From Neoconidiobolus thromboides FSU 785 (taxonomy: Eukaryota > Fungi > Entomophthoromycota): a stretch of DNA of 51,100 bases. Made by a program: the position numbers and the translations under genes. Location of the stretch: assembly GCA_025603075.1 (NCBI GenBank), contig MU626400.1:1-51100 (forward strand), written 5' to 3'. This document shows positions 24,169 through 36,800 of the stretch, piece by piece (within the stretch, counting starts at the first letter, position 1; every line of letters starts with the position of its first letter). The notes under the pieces are model-generated. The model had not been told where the DNA came from, made no database searches, and saw only the letters and a list, made by a program, of their open reading frames with translations.

Positions 24169-24496
24169 GTTTGTATAAGGTTTAAAGTTGACTGGTACTC
24201 AAGGAAGTCAATGGTTTATATACTATTTTTTAAAATAAAAGGATATATATTTTTTATTGAATGGGATCCCAGTTTATCAAGTTCAAGTTTTATTTATTTA
24301 TAATGACTCTATTTTTGAAGTGTTGTTAAAATAATAAGTTTATTGGTAACTCAAAAAAGCTGGAATTCGACATTATAAATAGTAACTATTTAAAAATCTA
24401 TCATTTATGTAAAAAAAATTAAGTGAGCATTTTTTTTAAAAATTAAAATTCAACTTGTTTACATCTATAAAAATGTAACATAAGTAAACTTACATT

Positions 24497-24598
24497 ATAT
24501 GGGGATGTATTTTTGTTCAATAATTTCACTAACAATGTTCCGCTCAAATAGCACTTAAAAGGTGAAAAAGGTAATGAAACCAAAAAACATCCCCATAT
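24497..24598 (+). mobile_element. MITE-A copy
   Basis: (T)ATATGGGGATGT...ACATCCCCATAT(A), perfect termini. Confidence 0.9.
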
Positions 24599-24653
24599 AA
24601 TTAAAATCAGTGGCAAAGGTAATAAAGTGTAGCACCAAATTATTTTTACTTTC

Positions 24654-24759
24654 AAATGGGGATGTATTTTTGTATTTAAGAATTTTACTGACAATTTTTC
24701 CACATAAATAGCACCTAAAAAATGGAAAAATAATGAAACTAAAAAAAACAGCCTCAAAT
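24654..24759 (+). mobile_element. MITE-A copy (tandem with the previous copy, 55-bp gap)
   Basis: AAATGGGGATGTATTTTTGTATTTAAGAATTTT...GCACCTAAAAAATGGAAAAATAATGAAAC. Confidence 0.85.
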
Positions 24760-25527
24760 AGTGTTTATTTTTACATACTCAATTATTTAGTATTGTAACC
24801 AATAACTATTGTTTTTTTTCTCCAAAAAGCAAGATTAGCGTTATACCCTTGTAAAAGTGCTTTAAGTTTTACTAGTTAAAATTGTAAATTTATTTGTAGA
24901 ATAAACTCCACTTCATATCAAAAAAGGAGTTATTGAAAAGTTATACTTTTACTGTTTTAATAAAAATAAAAAACTAATCATATAAAGTTAATATAATAAA
25001 ATCTCACTTAAATATCAAATTTAAAACTAAATTCTAGTTTAAAAATTCTAACTAGAATTTCATTACATGTGTTGATTCTATGCTTATCTTTAACTACTTA
25101 CAGCTGCATATGTTCAAACGTACAATGTCTTACTCTAATTTACTTTAGACATAGATTGAGCATTTTCATTTCATGTTTACTGATTTGTGCACATGATTTT
25201 TTATATTTAGCAAATACCGAATTGATAATACTCAATCCATTTTTAAGTGAATTAGGGTTAAACAATGCATATTTGAATTTTAAGAGTCTCTTTGTGTAAT
25301 TCATAAACAAGATGATATTGATATTGAAAATTGGAATCTATAAAGTTAAGTTTGATACTGGGAATTTATAAAGCTTTTTCATGGCTGAAAATCGTGGGTA
25401 AAAAGAACTGATAGATTTATAAAAATTAAGCAGAAATGAAATTTATAGGAGAATTTTAGTTCTACAATAGGGAGAGATTTATAATATTTTATTAGTACTT
25501 TATGGGTAATTTGGAGGCGAAATTAAT

Positions 25528-25631
25528 AAATGGGGATATATTTTTTTTAAGAATTTTACTAACAAGTTTTCCACTCAAATAGCGCTTAAAAGATGAAAAA
25601 AATAATGAAGCCGAAAAAAACGCTCCCAAAC
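25528..25631 (+). mobile_element. MITE-A copy
   Basis: AAATGGGGAT...AAGAATTTTACTAAC...CTCAAATAGCGCTTAAAAGATG...GCTCCCAAAC. Confidence 0.85.
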
Positions 25632-25859
25632 ATTAAAATTAATATAAAATGTATTTTATTATTGTTAATATAAATATAAAAAGTAGAGATATAAAAAATA
25701 AAGATTTAAATAGCAATATTTAACATATGACATATTCAATTTATAGATAAAGATATTAAAAAAGCTATAACAATTCATTAAACCAAAATTATAATTCAAA
25801 CAACCTAAAAAATAATGTTATCTTTTTTAATTCCTATACAAAAATAATCCAAATGAATA

Positions 25860-27431
25860 TTATAATAATAAAGTAACTTGATTTTGATCTAAATCATGAG
25901 TAGAAGTAGTGGAATAAAAAGAAGATCTTGATCTTAAAGAAGTTTGGTCCATTGTACGATTATTATTACGGTTTGTTACAGATATATGATCATAAGAACG
26001 TAAACTTTGACGATCAATTAATTGTTCATGGAATGTAGAATTTGAATTAATCTGAGTTGTTAAACCAGAAGATGAGTATTGTTGTTGTTGATTATTAACT
26101 GAGTTTATAGATCTTAATGAATTATCTCTTGACAATTGATGTAAAGAAGATAAATTAGAATTTGATCTAGAATGATCACAAGAATAATCTAATTGGGATG
26201 TTTTATAATCTGGTAAATTAATGGGAGGCACATTAATTTCATTATTTAAATATTTATCGGAAATAATAGAATTTGATTTTAATTGAAATTCAGAAAATGG
26301 CAACTGGTCTGTAATAGATATACTACCGTTTGATGGTTGATGATGATGGGACATTGCTAATTCTGGTGGTACTAATACTAGTCCATTATGTAAAAAAGAA
26401 TGGGATGTTTTACTTAATCTAAATCCTTCATTTTCATTATTCTGTTGATTTTTAATTAAGAATTTATAAACTATTTTAGACATGAATTTAGAAAATCTAG
26501 TTGATTCTCCAAGTTCTCCTTTAGTTAATGGCTTTAAATAATACTTTCTTATCATAAATGTTTTAAAATCTTTCCAAATCTCTGGTAAAGCCGGATCAAA
26601 TAAAAATACAACTGCGTTTAATATACCAGCTGAATAAGAAGGCACATAATAAATATATCTCTCTAATAATGTTTTTTTACCATTAATTAAACTTAAATTA
26701 GCTGCAATTACATAAGGAGATTGAGTTAAGACTGGTATCAAGGGGTAAAAAATAAGTCTACGGACTACTTGTTCTACTCTAGATTGTATACTATCACTTA
26801 TACGATCTACTGTTGGTGAAGCTCCACCTTGTTGTAAAGTAGCAATATCATCGTGAAAACGAGTTAATTTTAAAACTACTTTAATAATAGTAATACTACA
26901 ATAAAGTACACCAACTACTTCCCAAATTCCAATCATTATCCAAAAGAAAATTAAATTATAAGGCAATTGTACTAAAGGAAATATAGTACATGAATCCATA
27001 GCGATAGCAATGACAGTAAATGGTACAATAATAATAAAAGCAGCTAAAAAGGAAGTGGTTACATAAAATTTCTCTGTTAATCTAGGATTATGCTGTTGTT
27101 TTACAAACACCATTTGTAAATTAAAAGCCATACAAACAGTTAAAAAAATTAAGGTTAAGTTACTTATATAACCTACTGCATTAATTATATTACACTCTAA
27201 TATCCTTTTTACGGGATCCACACTTAGATAAGACATACAACAAAATATAGCATCAGCAAATGCTATCCACATACTTAATCGAAACGATAATCGTTTAGCT
27301 GCATTACAATTATAATAACTACTCAATGTGACTACACTCATTACAAAAATCGCCCCCACCAAAGAAACACTATTGACTGTGTTTAATACTAAATCAAATG
27401 TTATCTCTTCTACTTTTGAAGTCTCAGACAT
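25860..27431 (-). CDS. Seven-transmembrane receptor, cAMP-receptor-like/Git3-like GPCR; single exon
   Basis: 523-aa ORF with seven hydrophobic segments, Cys in ECL1 (ILECN) and ECL2 (DSC), RRLIFYPLI at TM6, GILNAVVFLFDP at TM7, and a long Ser/Gln/Asn-rich tail. Confidence 0.85.
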   Translation of the reverse strand: MSETSKVEEITFDLVLNTVNSVSLVGAIFVMSVVTLSSYYNCNAAKRLSFRLSMWIAFADAIFCCMSYLSVDPVKRILECNIINAVGYISNLTLIFLTVCMAFNLQMVFVKQQHNPRLTEKFYVTTSFLAAFIIIVPFTVIAIAMDSCTIFPLVQLPYNLIFFWIMIGIWEVVGVLYCSITIIKVVLKLTRFHDDIATLQQGGASPTVDRISDSIQSRVEQVVRRLIFYPLIPVLTQSPYVIAANLSLINGKKTLLERYIYYVPSYSAGILNAVVFLFDPALPEIWKDFKTFMIRKYYLKPLTKGELGESTRFSKFMSKIVYKFLIKNQQNNENEGFRLSKTSHSFLHNGLVLVPPELAMSHHHQPSNGSISITDQLPFSEFQLKSNSIISDKYLNNEINVPPINLPDYKTSQLDYSCDHSRSNSNLSSLHQLSRDNSLRSINSVNNQQQQYSSSGLTTQINSNSTFHEQLIDRQSLRSYDHISVTNRNNNRTMDQTSLRSRSSFYSTTSTHDLDQNQVTLLL

Positions 27432-28879
27432 GCTTGTTAATATATTCTAAAATTTAGATGTTGATAGTTGTTGTTAATAAATTGCACCAGCAATTCGAAT
27501 ATTTTTTTAATATAACTAAAGAATATAAAATTAGTGAGTTATAGTTCTAATGATAAATTTAATAAACACTTACATTTTAAAAAATATTTAAAAAAAAAGA
27601 AAAAGTTTTAATAAATTAAAAGGTAAAGAGAGAGATAATAATTATAAAAAAATAAAAGAAATTTAATAAAAAAGAGACATAAAATTTTATTACTAAGGCA
27701 ACAAAAATCTACTGATAAAATTTAGGGTGGGTGTTGTTTACTTGATTCCTTAAACGTAGTTAATGAGTGGAGGTTAATTGTCATAAGTTATCTTTTTTTA
27801 TAACCGTTAAATTTAAAACTTAAAATAAATCTATTGATAGCTCCTTTTTATAAATTATAGTAATAATTATTCAATAGTATTGTTAATTTTGTAATTCATA
27901 TTATTATAGTATAATATAATAATAACAGTTATAAGAATATTAAGAATATTATTATTACTATTTCATTATTATTATCTCAAATCCTAAACATCAATAAATT
28001 TTAGTTACTAAAAATGTTTAACTCAAACTTGAGCTGTTTCTAGAAATAGAATTTCCCCACTTTACGAGGCGTTAATATCCAAATGTTCATATTTTAAAAA
28101 AAATTAATGTTCATTTTATCTCGTGGTAGTCAATTATTATTATTTTATAACAGAAAATTAGTTGCATATAACAAAAGATAATATTTTTGGTTTTATTATT
28201 GTATTTATAATAAAGGTTTCTTGATAAGGGCAGGAATACGGGGGTTTAGAATTCTTTTTATTAGCCTTGTGTAGAACATAGTTGCTTTTATAATAGAGAT
28301 TAACGATTTTATTTTATCTCTGAAGATTTTATCTTTTAAATACTATGGAAATTATAAAATTTTATTATTATAAATAAACTATGATATACAGTTTTAATCC
28401 ATATTATTTAACATAAATAGAGTACGTTTATATACATCAATTCATTAATTAATAACCAGCTTATCAATAAAAAGGGGTATAAATATAAATAACTTATTTA
28501 ATCCTCAACAAAAGCTTAAATAGATTGAAATATAAATAAAATAAAAGAATAACAAAGGGATAATAAAATTTCGAAAACTTACTAAATTTATTCCAATGTT
28601 TTGATTATTAATTTTTTAATAATCTTGTTTTTGATTAAACTTTTTTAGCCATTTTTGACTTCCCCTTAAAACTTAATATTCACTTGTTTTATTATTTTAA
28701 AAATAGAATACAAAATACTAATTTTAATTACATTACAACTTTATAAAACCATTTAAATATATTCACTAAAATAATAATCTAAACATTTCCACTGTTAACA
28801 AGGACAAAATGATTATAAACCAAAAAACCGCAACAGTGTATCTTTATTTGTTATAATTAATTATCTTAGCTCTCTCATA

Positions 28880-30568
28880 CTAAAGCTCTTTTAAGGTTGA
28901 AAAGGCTTTGGCTTTTTTACAAGTTAAACAACGACATGCTTTAAGTTTAAAACCATATGAATTAAATATATGATAATAATAACAAGTCAAACAAAATCTT
29001 CTTAATAGTGGTAGATAAACCAAACTGATATTATTGCAATTTAATTGATTACTCGTTTTCAATGAACAAAAGGAAAATTCAGAATAATCAATAAATACTT
29101 TAGCATCCAAATATTGAGAATATGTGCTTAAATTATTATCTTCTTTATTCACGACAACCCTTTTACATACTTCACAATGACCACTATTCTTCATTAGCTT
29201 CACTAACCTAGGAGACATATACTTCTTGACTTCATTTAATTGAGAATATGTGATTTTATTAATAGCTAATTCAAATAATGTTAGTGGATATGTTTTAATT
29301 GCTTTTGGATCAATTTTTTTTAAAAAATTCACTTTCTTTTCAAATGATAAAAAATTACGATTTGTTTTATCACAGCCTGTTATCAATTGTAAATTTTTAC
29401 TACTTAATAAGCTTGGGCTTATTGTTTTGATTTTGTTACCATCTAAAAATAATCCCAATAGGCCGCTGAATTTCGTTAAACTAAAATAGGGGTCAGGGAT
29501 ATCTATTATTAATGTTTTTAAATATATATATTTATTATTATTGTTATATACCTTTAAGTTTATTAAAAGATAGATTGATGTATTGCACATTCTTTATATC
29601 ATATAAATTTATATTTAAGGTATCAAACTTCGAATAATATTGTAGTATTAATTCAAAATCATACATTTCACACATTAATTTTTTAAGTCCCATATTACTT
29701 AAGTTCAATACGTAATTGGGGCTAACTAATAAATATTCCTCTATTCTTAACCAAAATGTATTGTTTAATTTATCAAATGGTAGCTTTATCTATTAGCATT
29801 AACATGAATAAAAAATGAGATTATAATAATGTTTATTCTTACCGATTTATAAAACTTAATACTTTCTTTTTCTCTTTTTATGATTTCATCAACTTCTTGA
29901 TTTAATTGTTGAATTATTTTAGCTTCTTTACTATTATTGCTGTCATCTTCCATACCTACCCTATCTTTACAACTAATTATTTGTAAGTTTAAAAGCAGTC
30001 GAATTAAAGCTGGTTTTAAAGGTCCAGAAAAAGTAATTAAGGGACATTTTTTTATCCAGTTTGAGATGTATAAGAAACCTAATTACATTTAATATAAAAA
30101 GAAATTGATAGTAAAAACAAAAATATACTTTGATATAAATTATTCCAACCAATTATTCCTTCACTAGAAGTCCAACAGTTTATTATATTTTCCCATAAGA
30201 TAATAATTTTTCGATGAATTATCCTTTTTTTTAACCCATTCTTTTTGATAAATTCTTCTTGTCTTTCCGCAATCAATATTTGTTGTTGTTTTAATTTGAG
30301 TTGTAAAACTTGATAAATACTGATTAATTTGTTTACTGTATTAAATTGTTAAATAAACTTACTTATTTTAGCTTGTTTTTTTCTACTATTGAAAGAAGTT
30401 TCTTCCTCGGAACTTTAAGTTTTATCAAGATTAATAACTAAACAAATTAAAGAGATGAAATATTTACTCCGATGTAGTCTCTTCACTTGATGATTCATCA
30501 CTATTTAACCAGTTTTTAGTATTAAAGTAAGGATTACGTAAATTTTGTCTTTGAAAATATTGATTCAT
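28880..30568 (-). CDS. LRR protein with BC-box-like motif and C-terminal Cys cluster (LRRC58/LRRC28-like), ~6 exons
   Basis: Splicing links track ORFs 30079-30276 and 28880-29590 and exposes LRRs VLNLSNMGLKKL, INLSFNKLKDIP and LFLDGNKIKTI, then PLTLFELAINKI, GHCEVC, FIDY..FC, LPLLRRFCLTC. The 5' exon model is less certain. Confidence 0.7.
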
Positions 30569-30709
30569 TGATTTTAATCTTAATTTTTTAAGAGAGAGAA
30601 TAGAGATTTCAATAAACTCTCGTTTTAAAAATGAGCTTTAAAATCTAAGCTAAATTTCAAGTCAATCGAATTTACTACTTTTATTATTTTTACAAATAAA
30701 AAATTTAAA

Positions 30710-31748
30710 ATGATGAAAGGGAATTTTTTATCAAAATTAATAAAAACTGGACCCAAAATCAATTTATCAAAATTAGCAAGTGCTCGATGGACACGTACAA
30801 CATCATCAAAAACCAATAGCAATATCACGATTAATGCTGAAGAAGTTGAAAAATTTGGAGCTATGAGTGCAGAATGGTGGTCACCTTATGGAAACTTTAA
30901 ATTATTACATCAAATGAATTTGCCTCGAGTAGAATACATTTTAAACAATTTAAAAACGATCAATAATTTAGAAGATCAAGTATCTATTAGAGATAAGTTA
31001 CCTTTAAAGGGTTTGAAAATTTTAGATGTAGGGTGTGGGGGTGGGTTATTAAGTGAGGTAAATTAAAATATTTCAAATTTATTGATTTTTTCTAATAAAT
31101 TGAAAAACAGTCATTAGCTAGATTAGGGGCCAAAGTCACTGGAGTTGATGCTTCAGAAAAAAATATCGCTATTGCCAACTTACATAAATTAAAAGACCCT
31201 TTATTGAATGATACTCCGGATAGATTAACTTATTATAGCAAAACAAGTCGTAAGTTTTTATGCAATGAAATTAAAAAATGATCCCATGAATTCATCTAAT
31301 TTATTTAGATCAATTATTAGAGGAGAAGGGAGAGGGCTATTTTGATCATGTATGTTCCTTTGAAGTCATTGAACACGTCAATAGTCCCCAAGATTTTATG
31401 AATTCATTAAGTCAATTAGTCAAAAAAGATGGAAAAATATTTTTGTCTACAATCAATAGAAATGCCTTATCTCACTTCTTAACTATTTTTATGGCGGAAT
31501 ATTTTTTAAAATTAACTCCAATCGGTACCCACGATTATAATAAGTATGTTACTCCTAATGAATTAGCTGGATTTATCAGGCAATCGGGACTAGAGCTGAA
31601 TAACGTTACTAGTATTCACTATAACCCATTAAAAAATGCTTGGTTAACAGGAAATTCTATCTTTCCTGCCCAGCCTAATAGTGATTTAATGGATCTCATA
31701 AATACTCAGTTTCCTGTCAATTATTTAGCGATAGCTACTAAAAATTAA
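30710..31748 (+). CDS. COQ3: Ubiquinone biosynthesis O-methyltransferase Coq3 (3 exons)
   Basis: Basic mitochondrial presequence, EVEKF..MSAEWW, LHQMNLPRVEYI, ILDVGCGGGLLSE|SLARLGA.VTGVDAS, FEVIEHV, TINR...AEY.LKL.P.GTH.Y. Introns at 31058-31110 and 31250-31308. Confidence 0.95.
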
Positions 31749-32109
31749 ATGTTTATTGAAAGATAAGTTGGTTTTTTATCTGCTTGGTTTTTTGTCTTTA
31801 TTATTTTTTAATACTATTATAATTTAAGATTACACTAATTAACACCATTAATATTTAAATGTATGTTTGCTTTATAAAAACAATTAGATAGTGCTTTTTT
31901 GCTAGAGTCTTGACTAATAGAGTTTTTTAAACTTTAGGTTATAATGGACAACAAATTATGACCAATTTTGCAATAATCAGCTAAAACTAAAAATTTAATC
32001 ACTACTCTAGAACTAAATGTTTCCCTTTTTGTTTCATATCCAAATCTTACAAAAAACAAACAGACAGGACCTTAACAAGCTAAAAGGTAGTATCACTTAA
32101 AATCATGTT

Positions 32110-33361
32110 ATGATGAGTAAACGAGGAAAAAATCCCAATTTCGTGATAGAAATAAGTGAACAGTATTCCAAAAAACTGAGGCATAGCGGTGCGTTAGCAT
32201 CTGACGATATCAATAGTGAGTCAAACGGACTTTATACGAACTAGTAGTTGAACAAGGAAGCCTTATAGATGGAGCAGCAAAGCTTCCATCAACTAATATG
32301 ATGTAGCCCATATTATTCTTTACGAAAAAAGGGTTTAGAAAGGACATCATATTAGAAGACATAAGACAGATGCAAATGAAATAGATGAACAAAAAAGAGA
32401 TGGACTCAGAAAAAATATATAAAAAGAAACCAACAAACACAAAAAACAAGTAAAAGATCTTATTGCCTTTTGGAAAGGAACTAAAACAATCGATGAAACT
32501 AAAAATAGCTTAATAAAATAGTAATTGAATAACAGATGAGCATAAAAAAGCAGCAAAATTCTTATCTGTAAATTATAGCAATGCATTAGATGCTATTTTG
32601 AGTGAAGCTGATACAACAAAAGGTGTAACAAATGCTAAAAAAAAGGGTACAAACACAAAATGAATTGCATAAGTAAATGCAGGTCAAAGTATGTAAGCAA
32701 ATGGAAGATGAGATAAACAAGCAAAAAGAAAAAAAAACGCTGTTTTTTAATAACTTTTGGAAAGTAACTGTGGTAAACAATGGTAATACAGATGGTTTAA
32801 TTAAATTAACAATACAGAAAAAAATGAATATAAATGAAGCAGTAAAAGAGTTATCTATTAATTGTTATTGTGCAGAATATCTAACTTGTCAAGAGAGACA
32901 GAGATTAGAAAAAGTTTTAAGAAAAGCAAATATGGAAGCGCATGAAAAAATCATCCTAGAAGTAGAAATCATATTGAAAAAGATCGTTCCATAAAAGCTA
33001 ACTCGTGTTTCTAATGAGACGAAAAAGAGCTTAATTAAATTGGTAGCTGAAGGTAAAACGAATATAAGGGAAGCAGTAGAACATTTATCTATCAAATATA
33101 GCAGTACAGAAGGAATCATCCAAAAACAAAGGAATGAATTTGAAAAGATTGTAAATGCAAAGAAACAGGTACAAAGAGTTGCGGTGAACTAACTAAAGAC
33201 GAAACTGAGAGACAAAGAAATTTGATATAATAAACCCTAGTATAATAAGTAATGAGGGTGAAAAGGCATTATTTATGTTAGTAAACAAGAAAGGAAAATC
33301 CATAAAAAAAGCAGTTGGGCCTGTATCTATTAAATATAGCAGTGAAATACAGATGTCTTGA
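32110..33361 (+). pseudogene. Decayed ORF made of five tandem helix-turn-helix-like modules (transposase-type HTH)
   Basis: The module ~SNETKKSLIKLV.E..MSIKEA.K.LSI.YS.A..I recurs at ~32210, 32490, 32775, 33008 and 33245, interrupted by stops and frameshifts. Confidence 0.6.
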
Positions 33362-33833
33362 AGAAGTAAACTAAAATCAACTAAGGCTGGAGCTGAAAAT
33401 AAAGATAATGAAAGTAGTGTTCAAGGACTCAATAAAACTGTTATGTAAAAAAACAGAATAAAATCCACTAGAACTATTCACCATGTAGTAAAGGAACCAG
33501 CACCATTTAGCAAAACTTTGTTAATCTTTGTAGTTTATCAAATACTACCCATAAACAACCATCACAGTATCTTCTCGGAATTTATACTAATGTAAAAATT
33601 ATCATTTCAATATCCTCTATAATTATATTATAACTATCATTTATGAGTATTTCGGTATCCTTTATAAACTTGCAACCTTTAAAGCAACTTTATCTTTAAC
33701 TTGTATTTATTAATATTTTAATTTAAAATAAACTAAATTGCTTATGATATAAATAGAATTTTAGTTTTAATTTAGGAAAATATATAAAATATTACACTGT
33801 ATTAAGGATTTTGATTTTGATTTTGATTTTATT

Positions 33834-36800
33834 TTAACTTTGATCCTCAATAGTAAAACGCTTTTGGGCCATATGCTTCAAATTTTCAAAGTCCCCAGAC
33901 TCCTGACACATTGCTCTAAACAAGCTATCTTCTTGTTGAATCAAATTAGCTGGGTCATCAAATTCTTTAATTATACCATGGTCTAATAAAATGTTAATAA
34001 AATACTATTATAGTATATTCATAAATTTGGTTACCCATAATGACTACTTTATCAAAATCAATGATGGATCTCAACCGATGAGCAATACACAACAGAGTGG
34101 ACTGGTAAAACTCTTGACGAATGGTTTTTTGGATTTTAATATCTGTAGAATAGTCAACTGAAGCAGTAGCTATGAAAAATAGTTTTATAATCAAAATCAA
34201 AATCAACAACTTTACTAGTACCTTCATCCATAATAATAACCTTTGATTGCTTTAGTAATGCACGCGCAAGGGATAATAATTGGCGCTGTCCTTGTGAAAA
34301 ATTTTGCCCATTTTCTGTAACTATTTGATCTAAGCTTTTAATTATATCACTAGTTTCGTACGAAGCAAGATCAGTAGTAGACTCTGTTTCAATCAAATGT
34401 GCTCTTCTTAATGAATTCCAAAGCTGTTGATCATCGTATTGATTAAAGGGGTCTAAATTTGATCTTATAGTACCAGAAAATAGGGTAGCATCTTGCGGAA
34501 TAATAGTAAGATTGGAACGTAGATCAAATAAACCTATTTTATGGATATCAATATCATCAATGTGAATTGAGCCGCTTTCTGGATCAATAAACCTAAAAAA
34601 GGCCAAGGCCAATGTAGATTTTCCAGCTCCTATTACTTGGTTGGTATGTTCATATATTGATTAAAGATGTACATTACCTGTTCTCCCAACTATCCCTATC
34701 TTTTCTCCTCCTTTTATACTTAGTGATATTCCTTTAATCACTGGACCACAGTCTAATGAATAGCTTAAAACTAGGTCTTTAATTTCTATTTTTCCTTCAG
34801 TCGGCCACTTAAGATGATATTAACTAATAAATACACTTAAGTGACTATCTTATCTTACCTTGGGCGGGGGACAACTAGAAGGTATTTTTCTAGGAGGTTC
34901 AGGTGGTATATCAAGGTACTCTTGTATTCGTTCAATAGAATTCATTTCAATTTCAATGTTTGAATAGAACCGAGCAACCCACTAGGAATATTATTAAATA
35001 AATTAAAATTACAAACGATAAAACAAGTACCAAAGTATGCGAAGAAAAGTTCAATGCGTAAGTTAAAATTAAGCCAATTAAGGCAGCATTAAGTTGTTCG
35101 TTAAACAATAATAGTAACACACCACTAATAAAAGTAACAATCCCACCGATAAGATCCAACCGGATAGAAAGCCAGTTATTAGCGGCACAGAAATAAAAAA
35201 AGCTCTTTATGTTATCATCAACCTTTTCATACATCAAAGTTTCGAATCTATCAATCTGCTCATAAGCTCGGATTGTTGTTACTCCTTGTAGCGTTTCACC
35301 ACTTTGGGAGTATATAGGAGAGTTAGTGGTTGATTCAATTCGTTTAATTTCTCTAGAGCTACCAACATAGAATTGGACAATACAATAAACCATTGGTATA
35401 ATAACCAAAGTTGCTATCAGAAATTGTGGAAGTGTAAAAGCAATTAAAACAAGTATAGATATTGCTGCGAGGATCTCATAGACTATTACACCTCCAGAAT
35501 CCATAATTTCTTGATCTATACTTTCAATATCTTTTGAAAATCGATTAACGAGTCTGCCTATAGGTGTAATTTCAAAAAATCGGATTGGAGCATGTAATAC
35601 ACTATTTAATAGGGAGTCATGAAACATACGCGATGCTTTTATGGATCCCCAGTATTGATAAGTGACTTGTATTCCAATAATAAACACACTTAAAATGGAA
35701 AGAATTAAATATGTGTTTATATAATAATCAATAGCATCAGTTGATTTTGACAAGATCATAGATCCTTCTGGTAAACTTTTGAAAAAGTTAAAATTACTCC
35801 TTAATATTTGATTTATGAATAATTTATATAATGATAAATAACTTATATCATTCAATTTCAATGTGTTATCATTAGGTATCTTATCTCCAGAGTCAGCCCA
35901 AATTTTAATCCACCAATCAAGGGTTACAGCCAAAGCTTGATAACTAACGTAAAATAAAAGGAGACCTAACCAATAACTGTATCCACCAGAGGCTTTAAAA
36001 TATGAATAATAAATTGAGCTTTTCACTGCACCTTTTTCTCTCTTTTCTTCTAATACTAATTTGTTATTACTTGTAACTTCTGGATCTGGAGGTAAATAAG
36101 TATTACTATTGGAATGTGGGGTAGCTTGATAGGATTTAGCTACGCCACTTTCCTCAGTATATGGGCTTTTAATCATATTTAACTGCTCTTTGATAGCTTG
36201 AGTTTTTTCCACCTCTTTGCAGGATCCATCAGCTACTAACTTGCCTTGACCGTTTAAAACTACTACATAATCTGCATGATAAAAAGTCAGCCCAACGTTA
36301 TGAGTTACGAGGATCCTAGTTCTACCCTTCATTATCTTCCCCATTAGACAGTTGTGAAAAACGAATTTAGCTGTATGGGAATCTAGAGCTGATAAACAAT
36401 CATCCATAATTATATGAGCAGCTTTACTGTATACTGCTCGTGCTAATGAAATTCGCTGCTTTTGACCACCTGATAAAGTGATCCCTTTTTCTCCAACTTC
36501 AGTGAGATCACTATATTTAAATGAATTAAAATCTGATAAAAGTGCACATACTTTGACAACTTCTTGATAACGAGCTTCATTATATGGCTCTCCAAATAGA
36601 ATGTTATTTCTGATAGTATCTTGCTGTATCCAAGCGGATTGTATTACATAAGCAATGCCTCCATTTGAATCGAAGTCTTTGTTACAACTTGTTGGTTTTA
36701 TAACCGATTTTTTTGGCAGATAAATAGAGCCTTCGGTGAGTGTCATTTCACCAAGTAAACCTAAAAGTAAAGAAGTTTTACCACAACCCGTAGGTCCAAC

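Noticed and set aside
25029-25060. Perfect 11-bp hairpin AAATTCTAGTT/AACTAGAATTT, plus similar small palindromes at ~13414 (UTP14 intron) and 39382
   Set aside because: Short AT-rich inverted repeats are expected by chance at this base composition.
25069-25299. 76-aa ORF between MITE copies
   Set aside because: TTG start, no recognisable motif, and no supporting splice or homology evidence.
32110-32204. Box C (ATGATGA) plus two CTGA boxes, suggesting a C/D snoRNA
   Set aside because: No terminal stem and no recognisable rRNA antisense element; the sequence is explained by the start of the decayed HTH ORF. A snoscan or Infernal search would settle it.
1085-33119. Short hydrophobic ORFs such as 1085-1342, 13193-13420, 19080-19268, 21625-21924, 22535-22804, 29250-29489, 30625-30828 and 32210-33119(-)
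   Set aside because: They are antisense or alternate-frame shadows of real genes or of the HTH fossil.
34154-34230. Apparent non-canonical Walker B 'MDEGT' in ABC NBD2
   Set aside because: The track reads into an intron (GTACTAG...CATAG). The spliced sequence gives canonical DEATASVD.
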